From Eledone cirrhosa (lineage: Eukaryota): DNA of 64,000 nt. Position numbers and translations under genes: made by a program. The notes beneath the pieces were generated by a model. That model was not told the origin of the DNA, did not search any database, and saw nothing but the letters and a program-made list of their open reading frames with translations. The stretch is from positions 285,944,001-286,008,000 of the forward strand of contig OZ024742.1 of assembly GCA_964016885.1 (NCBI GenBank), written 5' to 3'. Of the stretch, positions 13,201-25,467 are shown in pieces (positions within the stretch are counted from its first letter, which is position 1; each line of letters starts with the position of its first letter).

Positions 13201-14696
13201 ATCTAAGTCAAGCACACAGATCACGAATTTGTGGTCCGTGTAGCTGACTATCTTGAATTGTGGACAGCCTATGCTAGACCTATCTATTTCCCTACAAAAT
13301 ACTCTATCTAGATATGATCTGGATGACCCCATGCGATTTGTCCAAGTCCACATTGGCACATTCGGGAAATCCAATCGGTACCTGTCAGACAGTTCAAAAC
13401 GCCTGAGCAGGTTGGTGAGGCTCTTGCACCCTCCTCCCCTATCCACTAATCCCACACAGTCCCAGCGTGCATCTAAGATCCCGTTCCAGTCGCCCACTAA
13501 CACTAAAGAGCGGGACGTTCCAAGAAAGGTCTCCAGACGCCGGAAGAAATCAGGCCGCCCTGCTCCTGTCGGGGCATAGACGGCCACTAGCCTGAAATTT
13601 TGCCCGTCTCCGCTGGTCACGTCTAGCACCACCAACTTACCTTCTGGGTCCAGGAAGATGGCCCGTATGGCGAGATCCAAACCTCTCCGAAAAAGCACAG
13701 CAACTCCTCCCCCCGATTCAGGACGGCTGGGAGATGCGTACACATCGTAGCCGCCGAAGATCGGTGCGAAGGCCCGTGCTTCGGTGATTCTCGTCTCGCT
13801 GATGGCCACTACATCTATGTTTAGTGACCTGAGGTCGTTGAGCAGGTGGCCCTGCTTCCATGACGACCCCAAGCCACGCGCATTTAAGCTGCCTATTCTG
13901 AGTGAGGTCATGTTGAAATGGAGTGGAAAATATGGGAAAGACCACTTACCTTATTTCTCGTAGAGAAAGGATGGTTTCTCCATCCCTTTTCACTTGATCG
14001 TCTGGTGAAGGGACCGTTGAATCGTCCCTTCGGCTGGTCGTCGGCTCTTCTATGAGTATATCCGAATATACTCTCTGGTTGAGAGTCCCTCCTAGGTCTC
14101 TGAAATCACCAACAGCGTTGGGGAATTTCGTTTTAATGTTTGTGTATTGTTTCTGTGCTATTCATACCAGTCTTATGTTCGTTGGTGTTTTGATTGGTGC
14201 TGGTATTATGTAGTCGTGCTGTGAAATGTCTGTGTGTTCAATTATGTAAGTCATTAGTTTCTTGTTGTGTGTATTTATTGCCGTGCATTTGTTTTTCTGG
14301 GGGTGGGGTGTGGTTCTGCTATTTTCTTGTCGTTGTTGCTGGGTGTGTGTGTTTTGTTGTTGTGTTTGCGATGTTGGTGCTTGTGGTGGTGGTGTTGAAG
14401 GTGTTGTTGTTGTTGACGGTGGGGTTGTCGCCGGTGGTGATGGTGGTGCTAGTGTGGGTGGTGATGGTGTTGGTGGTGTTGCTGCTGTAAGTCTCTTTGC
14501 AGTAGCCTTTACCCTTTTTTAATTTCTTTCCTCCCTTTTCGAAGGCGACCATGCGCTGCTTCTGCGTTTGTGCCTTCTAGCGACCTTTTGCCATCCCTCT
14601 CCCACCTCACACTCCATGTCTGATTCTGTGAGGTCGGGGAGGGGTACCAGCTCCACTCTTTCACTTGTTCTTGTTGGTGATGGTTGCAGTGGAGTC
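10187..14696 (-). mobile_element. L1/Tx1-clade LINE copy A (ORF1 3' part, decayed ORF2, AATAAA + (ATT)n end)
   Basis: APE, RT and C-terminal CCHC domains; minus-strand AATAAA followed by (ATT)n at 10187-10230. Confidence 0.92.
10493..13911 (-). pseudogene. LINE ORF2 (APE endonuclease-RT-zf-RVT), disrupted
   Basis: SLNARGL..SET..VYAP..GDWN..LDR..TDH; KSPGLDGL; DQSKAFDRVDH; VRQGCPLS; YADD mutated to *ADV; CPRC..ETVLHALVQC; stop/frameshift at ~12340-12385. Confidence 0.92.
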
Positions 14697-16941
14697 TTTA
14701 CCGGTCCGTCCATCCAGCGCCCCACGACGCTGTTGGACGGCATGGGCTTGCCTCTCCAGATTCCGAGCTGCAAGCCCACCGACTTTTCCGGGTTAAGTTT
14801 AGCTCCTGTCAACCTTTCATATTCCTTCAATAAGGTGCCGACCACCTCGATTTCTGAGGTGTTCGACACCATCACGGTGATGTCGTCCGCATAAGCCGAC
14901 ACCGCCTTTCCACGTCCCGGTTCGAGCGGGATGCCCTGCAACAGCTCCAGCTTCCGCAGTAAAGGCTCGAGAGTCAATACGTACAGAAGGGAAGAGAGTG
15001 GGCACCCTTGACGACCGATCGGGAGAGCCGAAATGGTTCCGAGAGGTGGCCATTAATTTTGACCACCGAGCGTGTGCCGCTGTGCATTGCAGCGATCCAG
15101 CTTCTGAAGACAGGACCGAAGCCAGCTGCTTTGAGGACAAACTCCAGATACCGATGGTCGACCCTATCGAATGCTTTCGATTGATCTAAATTGATCAGTG
15201 CCCCACCGAAGCCAGGTTTACACCCGACCTTCTCCATGATGTATCGCATGAGGTGGAGATTGTCGTGTATGGACCTGGCTGGGATTGCGCAAGTTTGCGC
15301 CTCCCCAACCAAATCCTCGACGACAAGCGCCAATCTCTTTGCTAACACCTTGGCCAAAATCTTAAACTCTGTGTTGAGCAGAGTTATGTGCCTGAAGTTG
15401 TCTAATGTATCCCTCTTGTTCTCGTCTTTCCTTATCAGCGTCACCACTCCCCTGCTCACAGAACTGGGAATACTCCCATTCTGCTGCCAGTTGCAGTAAA
15501 GTGCTTCGAGGAGTTCTGAGAACAAGTCTGGCATATTTACGTAAAGCTCGTAGGACAGGTCATCCAAACCGGTTGACTTGCGCCTTATGCAGCCGACAAG
15601 GGCGTCCTGAATTTCGGCTGAAGTAATCGGCCTTTCGCAGCGCTCAGCGTCGACCGTCGAGATGCGCGACAAGCCGTCAAGGTAGGGACTGAAATCCGCT
15701 ACTCTCTCTGACTTGCCACTCTCCCCGAACAGCCAAGCAAAGTGCTGGCGAAAGGCCTCACACATCCGCTTGGAATCGCTTATCTCGTGTCCGTCTCGGT
15801 CCGCCAAAGACCGAATTGTGGTTTTATTACCACGCTGCGCCTCCGCCATGCGGGCCCATCGAACAGCTTTGGTTCCCTCGTTTCTCAGCGCACGCACCTT
15901 AGCTCTGACAATGCAACCTTCGTGTTTCGCATTGAAGAAATGGTCTAATGCCATTTTCGCCGCTAGCACGTCAGTTGCAATGCCACTACAAATAGCCTCG
16001 GCTAACTTATCTACCAGCTCCCCCTCCTTTCTATTTTTCTCTAACGCTAGTTCTTTGCTGAACTCTATAGAAGTTACTCTAATCTCTCTTTGGAAGAGCC
16101 CCCCGCCATCTGTTGTTGATGATCCCCCTGTCAACTTTTGCTTAACTAAATTGTTGACTCGGTCCCTGTAAGCCTTACGTGCCGGAAATGACATGTTCAG
16201 CTTCCAGAAACCCGGTCTTAACCTACGCGTTTTATCTAGGTCGACCGTACAGATCACAAATTTGTGATCTGAATAGGCGACCGTTTTAAAAAGTGGGCAG
16301 CCCACACTATTTCTATCTATTTTCCTAATGAAGATCCTGTATATACGATCTAGATCACCCATTCGGTTGGTCCATGTCCATACTGGCACATTGGGGAAAT
16401 CTAGTCGATACCTGTCAGACAGTTGGAACTGGCTGAGTAGGTGGTTGAGGCTTTTGCACCCCCCGCTCCTATCGGCTACTCCCACACAATCCCAGCGTGC
16501 GTCTAAGATACCACTCCAGTCTCCCGCTAACAGTAAAGGGCGAGACGTACCCAGAAAGGTCTCCAGCCGCCTAAAGAAGTCCAGTCGTCCGGCCCCTGTA
16601 GGGGCGTAGACGGCCAGCAGTCTAAAGGCATCACCTTCGCTACTGCTCACATCCAAGACCACCAACTTACCGTCCGGGTCCCGGAAGATCGACCTTACCT
16701 CCAGATCCAGTCCTTTCCTAAACAGCACTGCCACCCCACCTCCCATTCCCGGTCTGCTAACAGATGCGAAGATCTGATAGTCGTCGAAAATTGGGGCTAG
16801 TGCGCGCGTGTCGGAAATTCTGGTCTCGCTGACGGCAATCACATCCATTTCCAGCGACCTGAGGTCGTTGAGCAGGCGACCCTGCTTCCAGGGTGACCCC
16901 AGGCCGCGAACATTTAAACTTCCTACTCTTAATATGGCCAT
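14696..16941 (-). pseudogene. LINE ORF2 (APE-RT), frameshift near 14990, AYADD retained, C-terminus missing
   Basis: ORFs 14974..16941 and 14519..14977. Confidence 0.9.
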
Positions 16942-16972
16942 ATTGGTAAGCTAAGAGAGAGAGAGGGAAGGT

Positions 16973-18468
16973 TTACTTACCTCCCGGGGTCTTGTGAAGG
17001 TCGGGTGGTTCGACCTCCATGGTTGGTGGGGTTTCTTTTGGGAACCCCTTTAAAAGTCTTGATGTGGGTTTCACATTCGGGGTTCCCACGTCTTGATGAA
17101 AGCTCTCTCGAATTTCTTTGAAGGAATTGAGTGACATTCGGACCAGAAGCAAATCTTCTGGCACGCAAAATGTGCTCATTTCAAATATCTCCCCCTCTGT
17201 TTGAATGTCCTCGCTTCGTGCTAAGAGGGCCATCAGTTTATCGTTGGCCCTTCTGACAAGCACGAAGTTTTTAACATTTTGTTGGTCTGGTTTTATTTGT
17301 TTCGTTTTGGTGACTGTGGTGGTGATGGTTTTGGTGGTGTTGTTTCGGGTATGTCTGTGTTTGTTGTAGGTGTGGTGTCTGCAATTTCAGGTATTTGTGT
17401 GTTTATTTGTACTTGTGTTTGTTTAGGTTGTTTGCGTTTCGGGGATTGTGGAGGTGGTGTCGATGTTGCTGTTGGTGATGATGTTATTGGGGAAGTGTTT
17501 GCAGAAGGCTTGCAGATGCGTTGCTTCCCCGCAGACGAAGCAGCGTGGCCTTCTTCCGTCAATGATTAGTCGGATTGTTGTCCCGTCCTGCAGGCGAGCA
17601 AAATCCGGGATGTTGTTCATATCCTCCGGTTTCATTTGGAGAAGAATCTCCAAATCCATTCCGGACCAGTTCTCTCTCTCTGTTCTTTTGATATCCAGGA
17701 GGGTAGTGTCTGTCCCCTCCTCGATTACGCATCCCAGCAGCCACCATATGTTCATTCCTGGTGGGATGCTGGGAATGCGTACCTTTACTGTCCTTTTACC
17801 CATGTAGGACGGATGCATGATAATGCGTTTCGTTCTGCAGGGGGTCACCGAGTGCTTAATAGCGAGGGCCTCGGTTTTGAACAGTACCGAGATGGTACCG
17901 AACTGTTTGCCTCTTGCTTTATACTCTATGTTACTTCCGATGTACTCCAAAGCAGCCTCGACCTCTGCTTGGCTGGCAAGTTCCACTTTTCGTGCCTGCA
18001 CCGAAATACATCGAAAGTACACCGTCCTCCTTTGCATGACCGCTATTGCCCCGTCCGGGATGGTCAGGTTTGCCCAGGACTTCTCCCGTTTAATAAGCCT
18101 CCACGCTTGGGCCAACTGTTCGTCTTTATCGCTAATATCAATATCAATATTCAATAAGCGCTTTGTTTTTGCTGCTGCTGCAGCAAATGTGGTGTTTCTG
18201 ATGCTCTTGTTGTTGGTGTTGTCATTCTTGCTGTTGTTATTGGTGTTGTTGTTGTTGTTTTGTTTGTTGATGCTGTTGCCACCGCCATCCGTGTTTACAT
18301 TGAAGCTGTCGGTGTTATTGTCGTTATTGCTCTGAGTTGTTGTTGTTGTGGTGGTGGTGGTGGCGGTGGTGGTGATATCGTTTTCAGATGATACTGCTGC
18401 TATCACAGAAGGTTGTGATGGTAGCTTTTTAGTTTTGCCTTCACATTCAGTAGAGTGGACGACAGGCA
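16973..18468 (-). pseudogene. LINE ORF1 (gag-like, CX2CX4HX4C zinc knuckle), frameshifted
   Basis: RPRCFVCGEATHLQAFC; N/T-rich low-complexity N-terminus; lies directly upstream of ORF2. Confidence 0.85.
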
Positions 18469-18699
18469 TAATAATAATAATAATAAACTTTTCATTTGTG
18501 GAAAACAAAAAAATATAAATGAACATGTATTGGAATTCTGTCACCCGGCAGGGAAACGTGAGCAATATCTAACCCCCACACCGCCACCATTCCTTCACTG
18601 TTTTTCCTGTCCCACTGACATGGATAAATGTGAATAAGAGAGTTCATTTGAAGAACGTACGGCTTTGTTTTATAATATAATGCAATATATATTACATAA

Positions 18700-18710
18700 A
18701 TAAATATATA

Positions 18711-18784
<74 letters not shown>

Positions 18785-18799
18785 AATATATATATATAT

Positions 18800-18884
<85 letters not shown>

Positions 18885-18971
18885 AATATATATATATATT
18901 ATATATATATATAAATATATATATATATTATATTAATATAGTATATAAATATATACATATTATGTGTTATA

Positions 18972-19059
<88 letters not shown>

Positions 19060-19113
19060 TATATATATATTATATTAATATAGTATATAAATATATACAT
19101 ATTATGTGTTATA

Positions 19114-19150
<37 letters not shown>
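18700..19150. repeat. Long interrupted (TA)n microsatellite
   Basis: Direct inspection; one of dozens of (TA)n/(CA)n/(GA)n/(TATG)n tracts in the window. Confidence 0.97.
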
Positions 19151-19151
<1 letters not shown>

Positions 19152-19434
19152 AACAAACAAAGGTTTCCACATTCCTTTCTGCAGAGTATGTATTAGTTAT
19201 GGCGTCATCACATACTATGGAACTTAAACAATGAAGAAATAGAAATTATTATTTAATACACTGGAATGGTGACGATGGTTTGGATGAAAGAGATGTAGGA
19301 GAGAATATTTTCTCTTTTAATAAAAGGTCAATAAAAATACGATATTTGTATCATAGACAGTCGGAAAAGAATAAAAGCAAACATTACATAACTGTCTGTA
19401 GCTATTCTTAAGCTGTAATATTCATTATTGATGG

Positions 19435-20050
19435 TCAGGTTTTGCTTAACGGTCTAGTGGTCAGTGACTAAATCGGTTCCTCCACCAGATACTTGTCTGG
19501 TCAGGTCAAGCTTCTGCCTGCTATTGGTACCATGTAACCCAGTACAACCTGCTTCATGGTTGAGTGGTCAGTGACTAAACCGGCTACTGCACCATACCCT
19601 TGTCTGGTCAAGTCAGGCTTCTCCTTGCTACTGGTAGCATGCAATCCAGTATAACCTACTTCATGATTGGGTAGTCAGTGACTAAACTGGCTCTCATCAC
19701 CAGACTCTTGACTCGTCATGTCAGGCTTCCTCCTGTGACAGGTACCATGTAACCCAATACAACGTTTCATGGTTGAGTGGTTGATGACTATACTGGCTCC
19801 CCTCACCAAACCCTGTTCTGGTGATAAGGGTAAATGGAACCCCAGCAGCACAAAAAAACAAGAGCTGTTAAAAGGGCAGATAAACTCTTCGGAATCAACG
19901 GCCGTCATGTCCAACTATGAGTTAAATAGCCTCACCAAACTACAATTGGCCAAGCATGGTGAGTATGGCTGACCAAAACCATACAAAGTGGTAGAGGTCA
20001 ACCAGGGAGGGGTTCCTCCAACAGGAGTGAGAAGGCCTGGACTGGATTGG
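19435..20050 (+). mobile_element. Non-autonomous RTE-derived element with four ~107-bp tandem 5' units
   Basis: GGTCAGTGACTAAA-like motif at ~19459, 19566, 19674, 19779; 5' part related to 46040-46220; 3' part shared with 35470-35670 (-). Confidence 0.6.
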
Positions 20051-20155
20051 AATATCCATCATTGGGTCAATAGTGGAGTTCATGATGATCAGTGATAAAG
20101 GAGGGGCATTATGAAAATCAGTTCTGGCTACAGAAAAAAATTGCCTTAAACTGTA

Positions 20156-20187
<32 letters not shown>

Positions 20188-20593
20188 ATGTGTGTGTGTA
20201 CGAGATTTGAAATCTGTGTGACCATAATAATGGTCGATCGATCAATATTCATAATAGTTGAGAAAATGAGGTAAAGTACCCCTAGAGGCGGCCAAAAGTG
20301 GTCAGAGATAGATGTGAGGAATCGAACCCTCGCATCTCGCGGATACAAAGCAAGGGTGTTAAAATCTACGTTAATACAGGAATACATTTGAAGTAACGTC
20401 AATGAAACGTATTTTATCCGACGTTATATTTAGTTGAATTTCAACATGTCAACTCTTGACACAAACAATATCGTATATTCTTTGACTGATAAACAGAAAC
20501 ACTTGTCTATAGTATACACTCTGTCAGATAAAGTTCTTTTGATAGAAAAAAGCAACTAGTTTAAATATACAATCGTAGATTTCCAATCAGCAG

Positions 20594-20822
20594 AGGCGCC
20601 TGGCTTAATGGTAAGGGTGTTGGACTTAGGATCATAATGTCGAGGACTGGGTTGTGTGTTGTATTCTTGAACAAAACACTTCATTTCAGGTTTCTCCAGA
20701 ATACTCAGCTGAAAATAAGTACCAGCAGCAATAGCTGGGAGTTTAACTTTGTGACGGACTGGTGTCCTGTCCAGGGGAGTGTCTTGTAATCTCAGTCGCT
20801 TCACGCTACAAAGCTGGCTTAA
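20594..20822 (+). mobile_element. tRNA-derived SINE family 2
   Basis: TGGCTTAATGG A box; 3' GACGGACTGGTGTCCTGTCCAGGGG...AGTCGCTTCACGC; other copies at ~7015-7160(+), 24535-24700(-), 56650-56760(+). Confidence 0.75.
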
Positions 20823-21142
20823 GATAGAATTTAACTTTGCTAACTTAGATATTCAATCGATCTTACCCTCAAATAAATTTCAAGAAAACAAAATCTTATT
20901 TCTTTTCTAAATTCGCGTAGAAAAGAAAAATTTCGAAAATAATGATTTTACAAGGCCAGCAATTTTGGGGAAGGGGAAAGTCAATTAAATCGATTCCAGT
21001 TCGTTACTGGTACTTTATTTTGTCGACCTCATAAGGATTAAAGGCAAAGTTTAACCTAGGCGGGATTGTTTTTAGTTGAATTTCAACATGTCATCTCTTG
21101 ACACAAACAACGTTATATGTTCTTTGACACCGTTGACTAGAG

Positions 21143-21482
21143 CAGGTATGTCAAACATGTGGCCCGCGGGCCGCATGCTGCCCTTTACAAGCACACCTGC
21201 GGCCCACACAAAGGTTTTTACAGCACAAACATGTTTTATCTTCGTAAAATAAAATTTAAAAAATTAGTTGTAATCGGCGCAATTAGTTATGTGTGGCCCT
21301 CAGACAACACATATGTGACCCATGTGGCCCTCAGACAACACATATGTGACCCATGTGGCCCTCAGACAACACATATATGACCCATGTGGCCCTCAGACAA
21401 CACATACGTGACCCATGTGGCCCTCAGACAACACATACGTGACCCATGTGACTCTCGGAGGACCCTAAGTTTGACCTGTCTG
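21143..21482. mobile_element. hAT (Charlie-like) MITE with an internal 31-bp tandem repeat
   Basis: TIRs CAGGTATGTCAAAC / GTTTGACCTGTCTG; 8-bp flanks GACTAGAG / ATCTAGAG; subterminal GGCCCGCGGGCC; ~5x TGTGGCCCTCAGACAACACATATGTGACCCA. Confidence 0.85.
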
Positions 21483-21627
21483 ATCTAGAGATAAAATTTG
21501 ATTAAAAAAGCAACAAATTTAGATATACAAACGGAGGTATTCAATCGACCTCGCCTATCCCCAACTAAGTTGCAAATCTTTTTCTGAATTCGCGTGGAAA
21601 AATACTTCGAAAATGATAGCGATAATA

Positions 21628-22065
21628 ATAATTGTTTCTAATTTAGGCATAAGGCCAGCAATTTTGGAGGAGGGGAAAGTCGATAAAATCGACCTTAGTG
21701 TGTGACAGATACTTTATTTTATCGACCCCGTTAGGATGATAGGCAAAGCTAACCTCAGTGGGGATTTGAACTCAGACCTAAAGGACCGTAACTTTGTGAG
21801 GCAAAGCATGGTGAACGAAGCTCTAACGATACTGCCAATAACAGTAGTAATGGTTTCTGATTTAGGCACAAGACCAGAAATTTGGGGGGAGGGGAAAGTT
21901 GATTAAATCGTCCCCAGTGTGTTAGTGGTACTTTATTTTATCGACCCCCGTAAGGATGAAAAACAAATGTAACCTCGACGGGATTTGAACTCAGAACGTA
22001 AAGAGTGGTAACGCTATGCCATGAAGCATAGCGTCCGAAGCTCCAGCGATTACTGCCAATCCAAG
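21628..22065 (-). mobile_element. Two tandem family-1 SINEs
   Basis: Same A/B box, central domain and tail as at 8710-10186. Confidence 0.85.
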
Positions 22066-22293
22066 TAACAATAATAACAATAACCTTTGTTATTGCGATT
22101 TTATTTCCATTCTCCTTTTATATAAGATCGAGCAATGTACTGTTGGGGTGTCTGTGAAGTAATATATTAAACTACATACAAAATATGTAATATAAATATA
22201 TAAATATATATATATATTTATATATATATATATATATCTGTGTGTGTGTGTATATATATATGTGTGTGTGTGGTGTATATATATGTGTGTATG

Positions 22294-22362
<69 letters not shown>

Positions 22363-22809
22363 CAAAACAACACAAACGCAATCATTTTGTTGTTGTTGTT
22401 TTGGAGAGGAAGCATTTTATTCGGAAGTCATGTCAAGAGTTTAATACATGTGTTTATAGTAAAAGATGACTTATCTCAGCAAACACACACGGGGAGGGGG
22501 CGGGGATGAAATGAAATGGGAAAACAAACAAAATATTCATAAAAATAACCAACAACAAAACAAGGTGAGTGAAAGAGAAAGGGCAAAAGAAGTTATTTAA
22601 ATATCTAATTTATTACAGCTAAATTTATTGGACGACATGTTTGGCAATTTGAATAAATTAATAAATTATATTAAAGTTTACAAATTTATTAATTAAACCG
22701 TAAAATCACGTTTCTGTAAATGTTGTGTAGAAATAAAGTCACACTATTGTAAAATTCATGGCATATTTATACAATAGCTTGTAAATATTTGTTAGTAAAG
22801 TTAATGATG

Positions 22810-23115
22810 GGGATGGCGGTGGTGGCAGTAGTAGTGATTGTGGTGGTGATGGTAAGCAGTAACAGTGATTGTGTTGGTGGTGGTGGTGGTGGGGGGGGGG
22901 CAGTAATAGTAATTGTAGTGGTGGCAGTAGTAGTGATTGTGGTGGTGATGGTGAGCAGTAACAGTGATTGTGTTGGGGGGGGGGGAGTAATAGTAATTGT
23001 GGTGGGGGCAGTAGTAGTGATTGTGGTGGTGATGGTGAGCAGTAACAGTGATTGTGTTGGTGGGAGGGTGGGGGGCAGTAATAGTAATTGTGGTGGTGGC
23101 AGTAGTAGTGATTGT
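22810..23115. repeat. G-rich ~85-100 bp tandem repeat (~3.5 copies)
   Basis: GCAGTAGTAGTGATTGTGGTGGTGATGGT(A/G)AGCAGTAACAGTGATTGTGTTGG recurs. Confidence 0.85.
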
Positions 23116-23129
23116 AGTGAGGTGGGAGG

Positions 23130-23352
23130 GGCAAATGACTCAGGTGTAGACCCCCGAGCAAGAGGGTTGGATAACATCCATGAGCTTGGCTGTTCTCACT
23201 TGGGGATCCAGCCGGATCAGTTGGAGACGATTGCTTCTGACAGGACCTGCTAGAAAGATGGTTTGAGGACTCTGTTCAACACGACCCTCACGGGAATAAA
23301 TCGGTGAAAGCGAAGAAGAAGAAGAAGAAGAAGAAGAAGAAGAAGAAGAAGA
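23130..23352 (+). mobile_element. RTE-clade LINE 3' end with (GAA)n tail
   Basis: Shares ATGAGCTTGGCTG..TTGGGGATC..TTGCTTCTGACAGGACC with 48240-48290. Confidence 0.65.
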
Positions 23353-23374
23353 TTGTTTAACTATAACTAATGGT

Positions 23375-23745
23375 AGCTTTGCCCTTCATCCTTACAGGGT
23401 CGATAAAACGATAAAATAAAATACCAGTAATGCACCGTGGCCGATTTAATCGATTTTCCCCTCCCCCACAATTGTTGGGCTTGTGACTAAATCAGAAACC
23501 AATATTTATCACTGTATTCACAGACATTAGATTCGCAGCGTCGGTAGAGCGTCGGGCAACATGCTTTTTGGCATATAGTTACGTTCCTTTACGATCTCAG
23601 TTGAAAGCCCGCCAACGTTAGCTTTGCCTTTCATCTTTACAGGGTCGATAAAATAAAGTAGCAGTAACTCTCTGGCGTCGATTTAATTAACTTCCCCCGT
23701 CTTTGCAAATTGCTGGCCTTATGCTAAACGTAGAAACATATTTAT
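23375..23745 (+). mobile_element. Two family-1 SINEs
   Basis: Central domain and tail motifs. Confidence 0.8.
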
Positions 23746-23993
23746 TTTACTTCTTTGGAATAAGCACGTGTGTGACTCCATAATTACGTGTGTGACCCCA
23801 TAATCACGTGTGTGACCCCATAACCACGTGTGCGTGTGTGAAGTGGCCGTGAGAAAGATGCATAAAATTTAGTCTAATTTTAGAACAATTAGACTAATTG
23901 AAGACAACGTAATAATGTTCAAATTAACTTTAACATACTTATACACACACATACACACATATATATATATATATATGCATATGTGTGTGGAGG

Positions 23994-24040
<47 letters not shown>

Positions 24041-24965
24041 TTACGCACACAGACATAAATACATATTGATAAATATGTGTGTGTGTGTGTGTGTGTGTAG
24101 TGGAGGCAGATATCTCGGAAATTATCTGCTCGCTCGGGTAAAGTTTGAATATTATCAGGTAAGAGACGAAACGAGATAACATATTCACTTGGTGAGAGGG
24201 GAGTAACACAAATCTATCAATATCAATGTATTACTTCAAGATAGCAAGAAACCGTTAAATATTTGATCAGGACATTATCCTGTAAGAAGTGCCTGAGCAG
24301 TCTACAGACAAATGTATCTTTTACGTAATCCTCAGGGAGCTTCCGTGTGAAACACTTTGTGTCCATGTACCGTTTTACTGGGAAGGTGTGGGTCGCCTCC
24401 AGGCTATGGTACATGACAGCCAAAATGTCAGGTGGTGGGATCAAATCCAACGCCTAATGTTTGCGAAGCGAACTTTTTCACCATTCGCTCATGCTGCGTC
24501 CTCACAGACACACTAACAACAATCTAAAGTCTGTCACGAACCGGTTTCCATGGCGTTAAGCGACTGAGAGTACAAGACTTCCCACTAGACAGGATGACAG
24601 TCCATCGCAAGGTTAAACTCCCCAGCTATTGCTGGTACTCATGTTTAACTGAGTATACTGGAGATACGTGAAATGAAGTGTTTGCTCAAGAATACAACAT
24701 ACACCATTGAATTACATGTACAGTCAATTCGACGGGCTTCCAAACAATTTCTGTCAAACAATTTCACTTAAATGGTATGAGTCGGCCCGAGGTTATGGTA
24801 ATTGACCCTTGATCAAGATGTCATGAAGCCGGGATCGAACCTGGAGCCTAATGATTGCGATGTAAACCTATTAAACATTCGGCTTCCACGCTGTATTGAA
24901 TGGAAATTTTATTAACAAAATAAGTCATTTGATAAGGTGGGGATTTTCCTGCTCTTTCGTTGGTA

Positions 24966-25295
24966 TACAGGGTTGGCTGAAAGATTCATAGGCTGTTTAT
25001 GAAGGAATGATGCTAGGGCCGTTAAATCTTGTGTGCATTAATTTTAACTCTTCTTATTAATAACTGCATTGTTTTTTTTTTCAAGAATTATGTTGAAAAA
25101 TAAAGGTCATTTGGTCATAGGCTGACTCTAAAGGAGTAATGCTAGAACTGTGAACTCTTTCGAGCATTAATTTCAACACCTCTTATTAATAACAGCATCG
25201 TTTCTGTCCAGGGACTGTGTTGAAAAGTAAACCTCATTTGGTCATTCCATGAGAGTATTTTGGTCAACCTATTAACATTTCAGCGGAAACTCGTA
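24966..25295. mobile_element. Tc1/mariner-type MITE
   Basis: TA-flanked imperfect TIRs CAGGGTTGGCTGAAAGATTCATAGGCTG / CAACCTATTAACATTTCAGCGGAAACTCG; internal duplication. Confidence 0.65.
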
Positions 25296-25467
25296 TTTCG
25301 AATGAATGACATTTAGTCATACATACCCACAGACACGAGTATGTAGAAAGGTAAAGAGATGAAGAATATTTGGAATGTCTCGTAAATCATCACTTTATCG
25401 CCGTGTATGTAGGTGTGTATGTATGTATGTATGTATGTATGTATGTATGTATGTATGTATGTATATA

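Larger units (their letters stand above)
14696..18468 (-). mobile_element. L1/Tx1-clade LINE copy B (ORF1 + ORF2, 3'-truncated)
   Basis: ORF1 with zinc knuckle; ORF2 paralogous to copy A and ending at VVGRWMDGPVK. Confidence 0.92.

Noticed and set aside
20300-20375. tRNA gene (minus-strand GGTTCGATTCC)
   Set aside because: B box only, no complete cloverleaf; likely a SINE head remnant
24223-24516. 75-aa ORFs on both strands
   Set aside because: No domain similarity or splice evidence recognised
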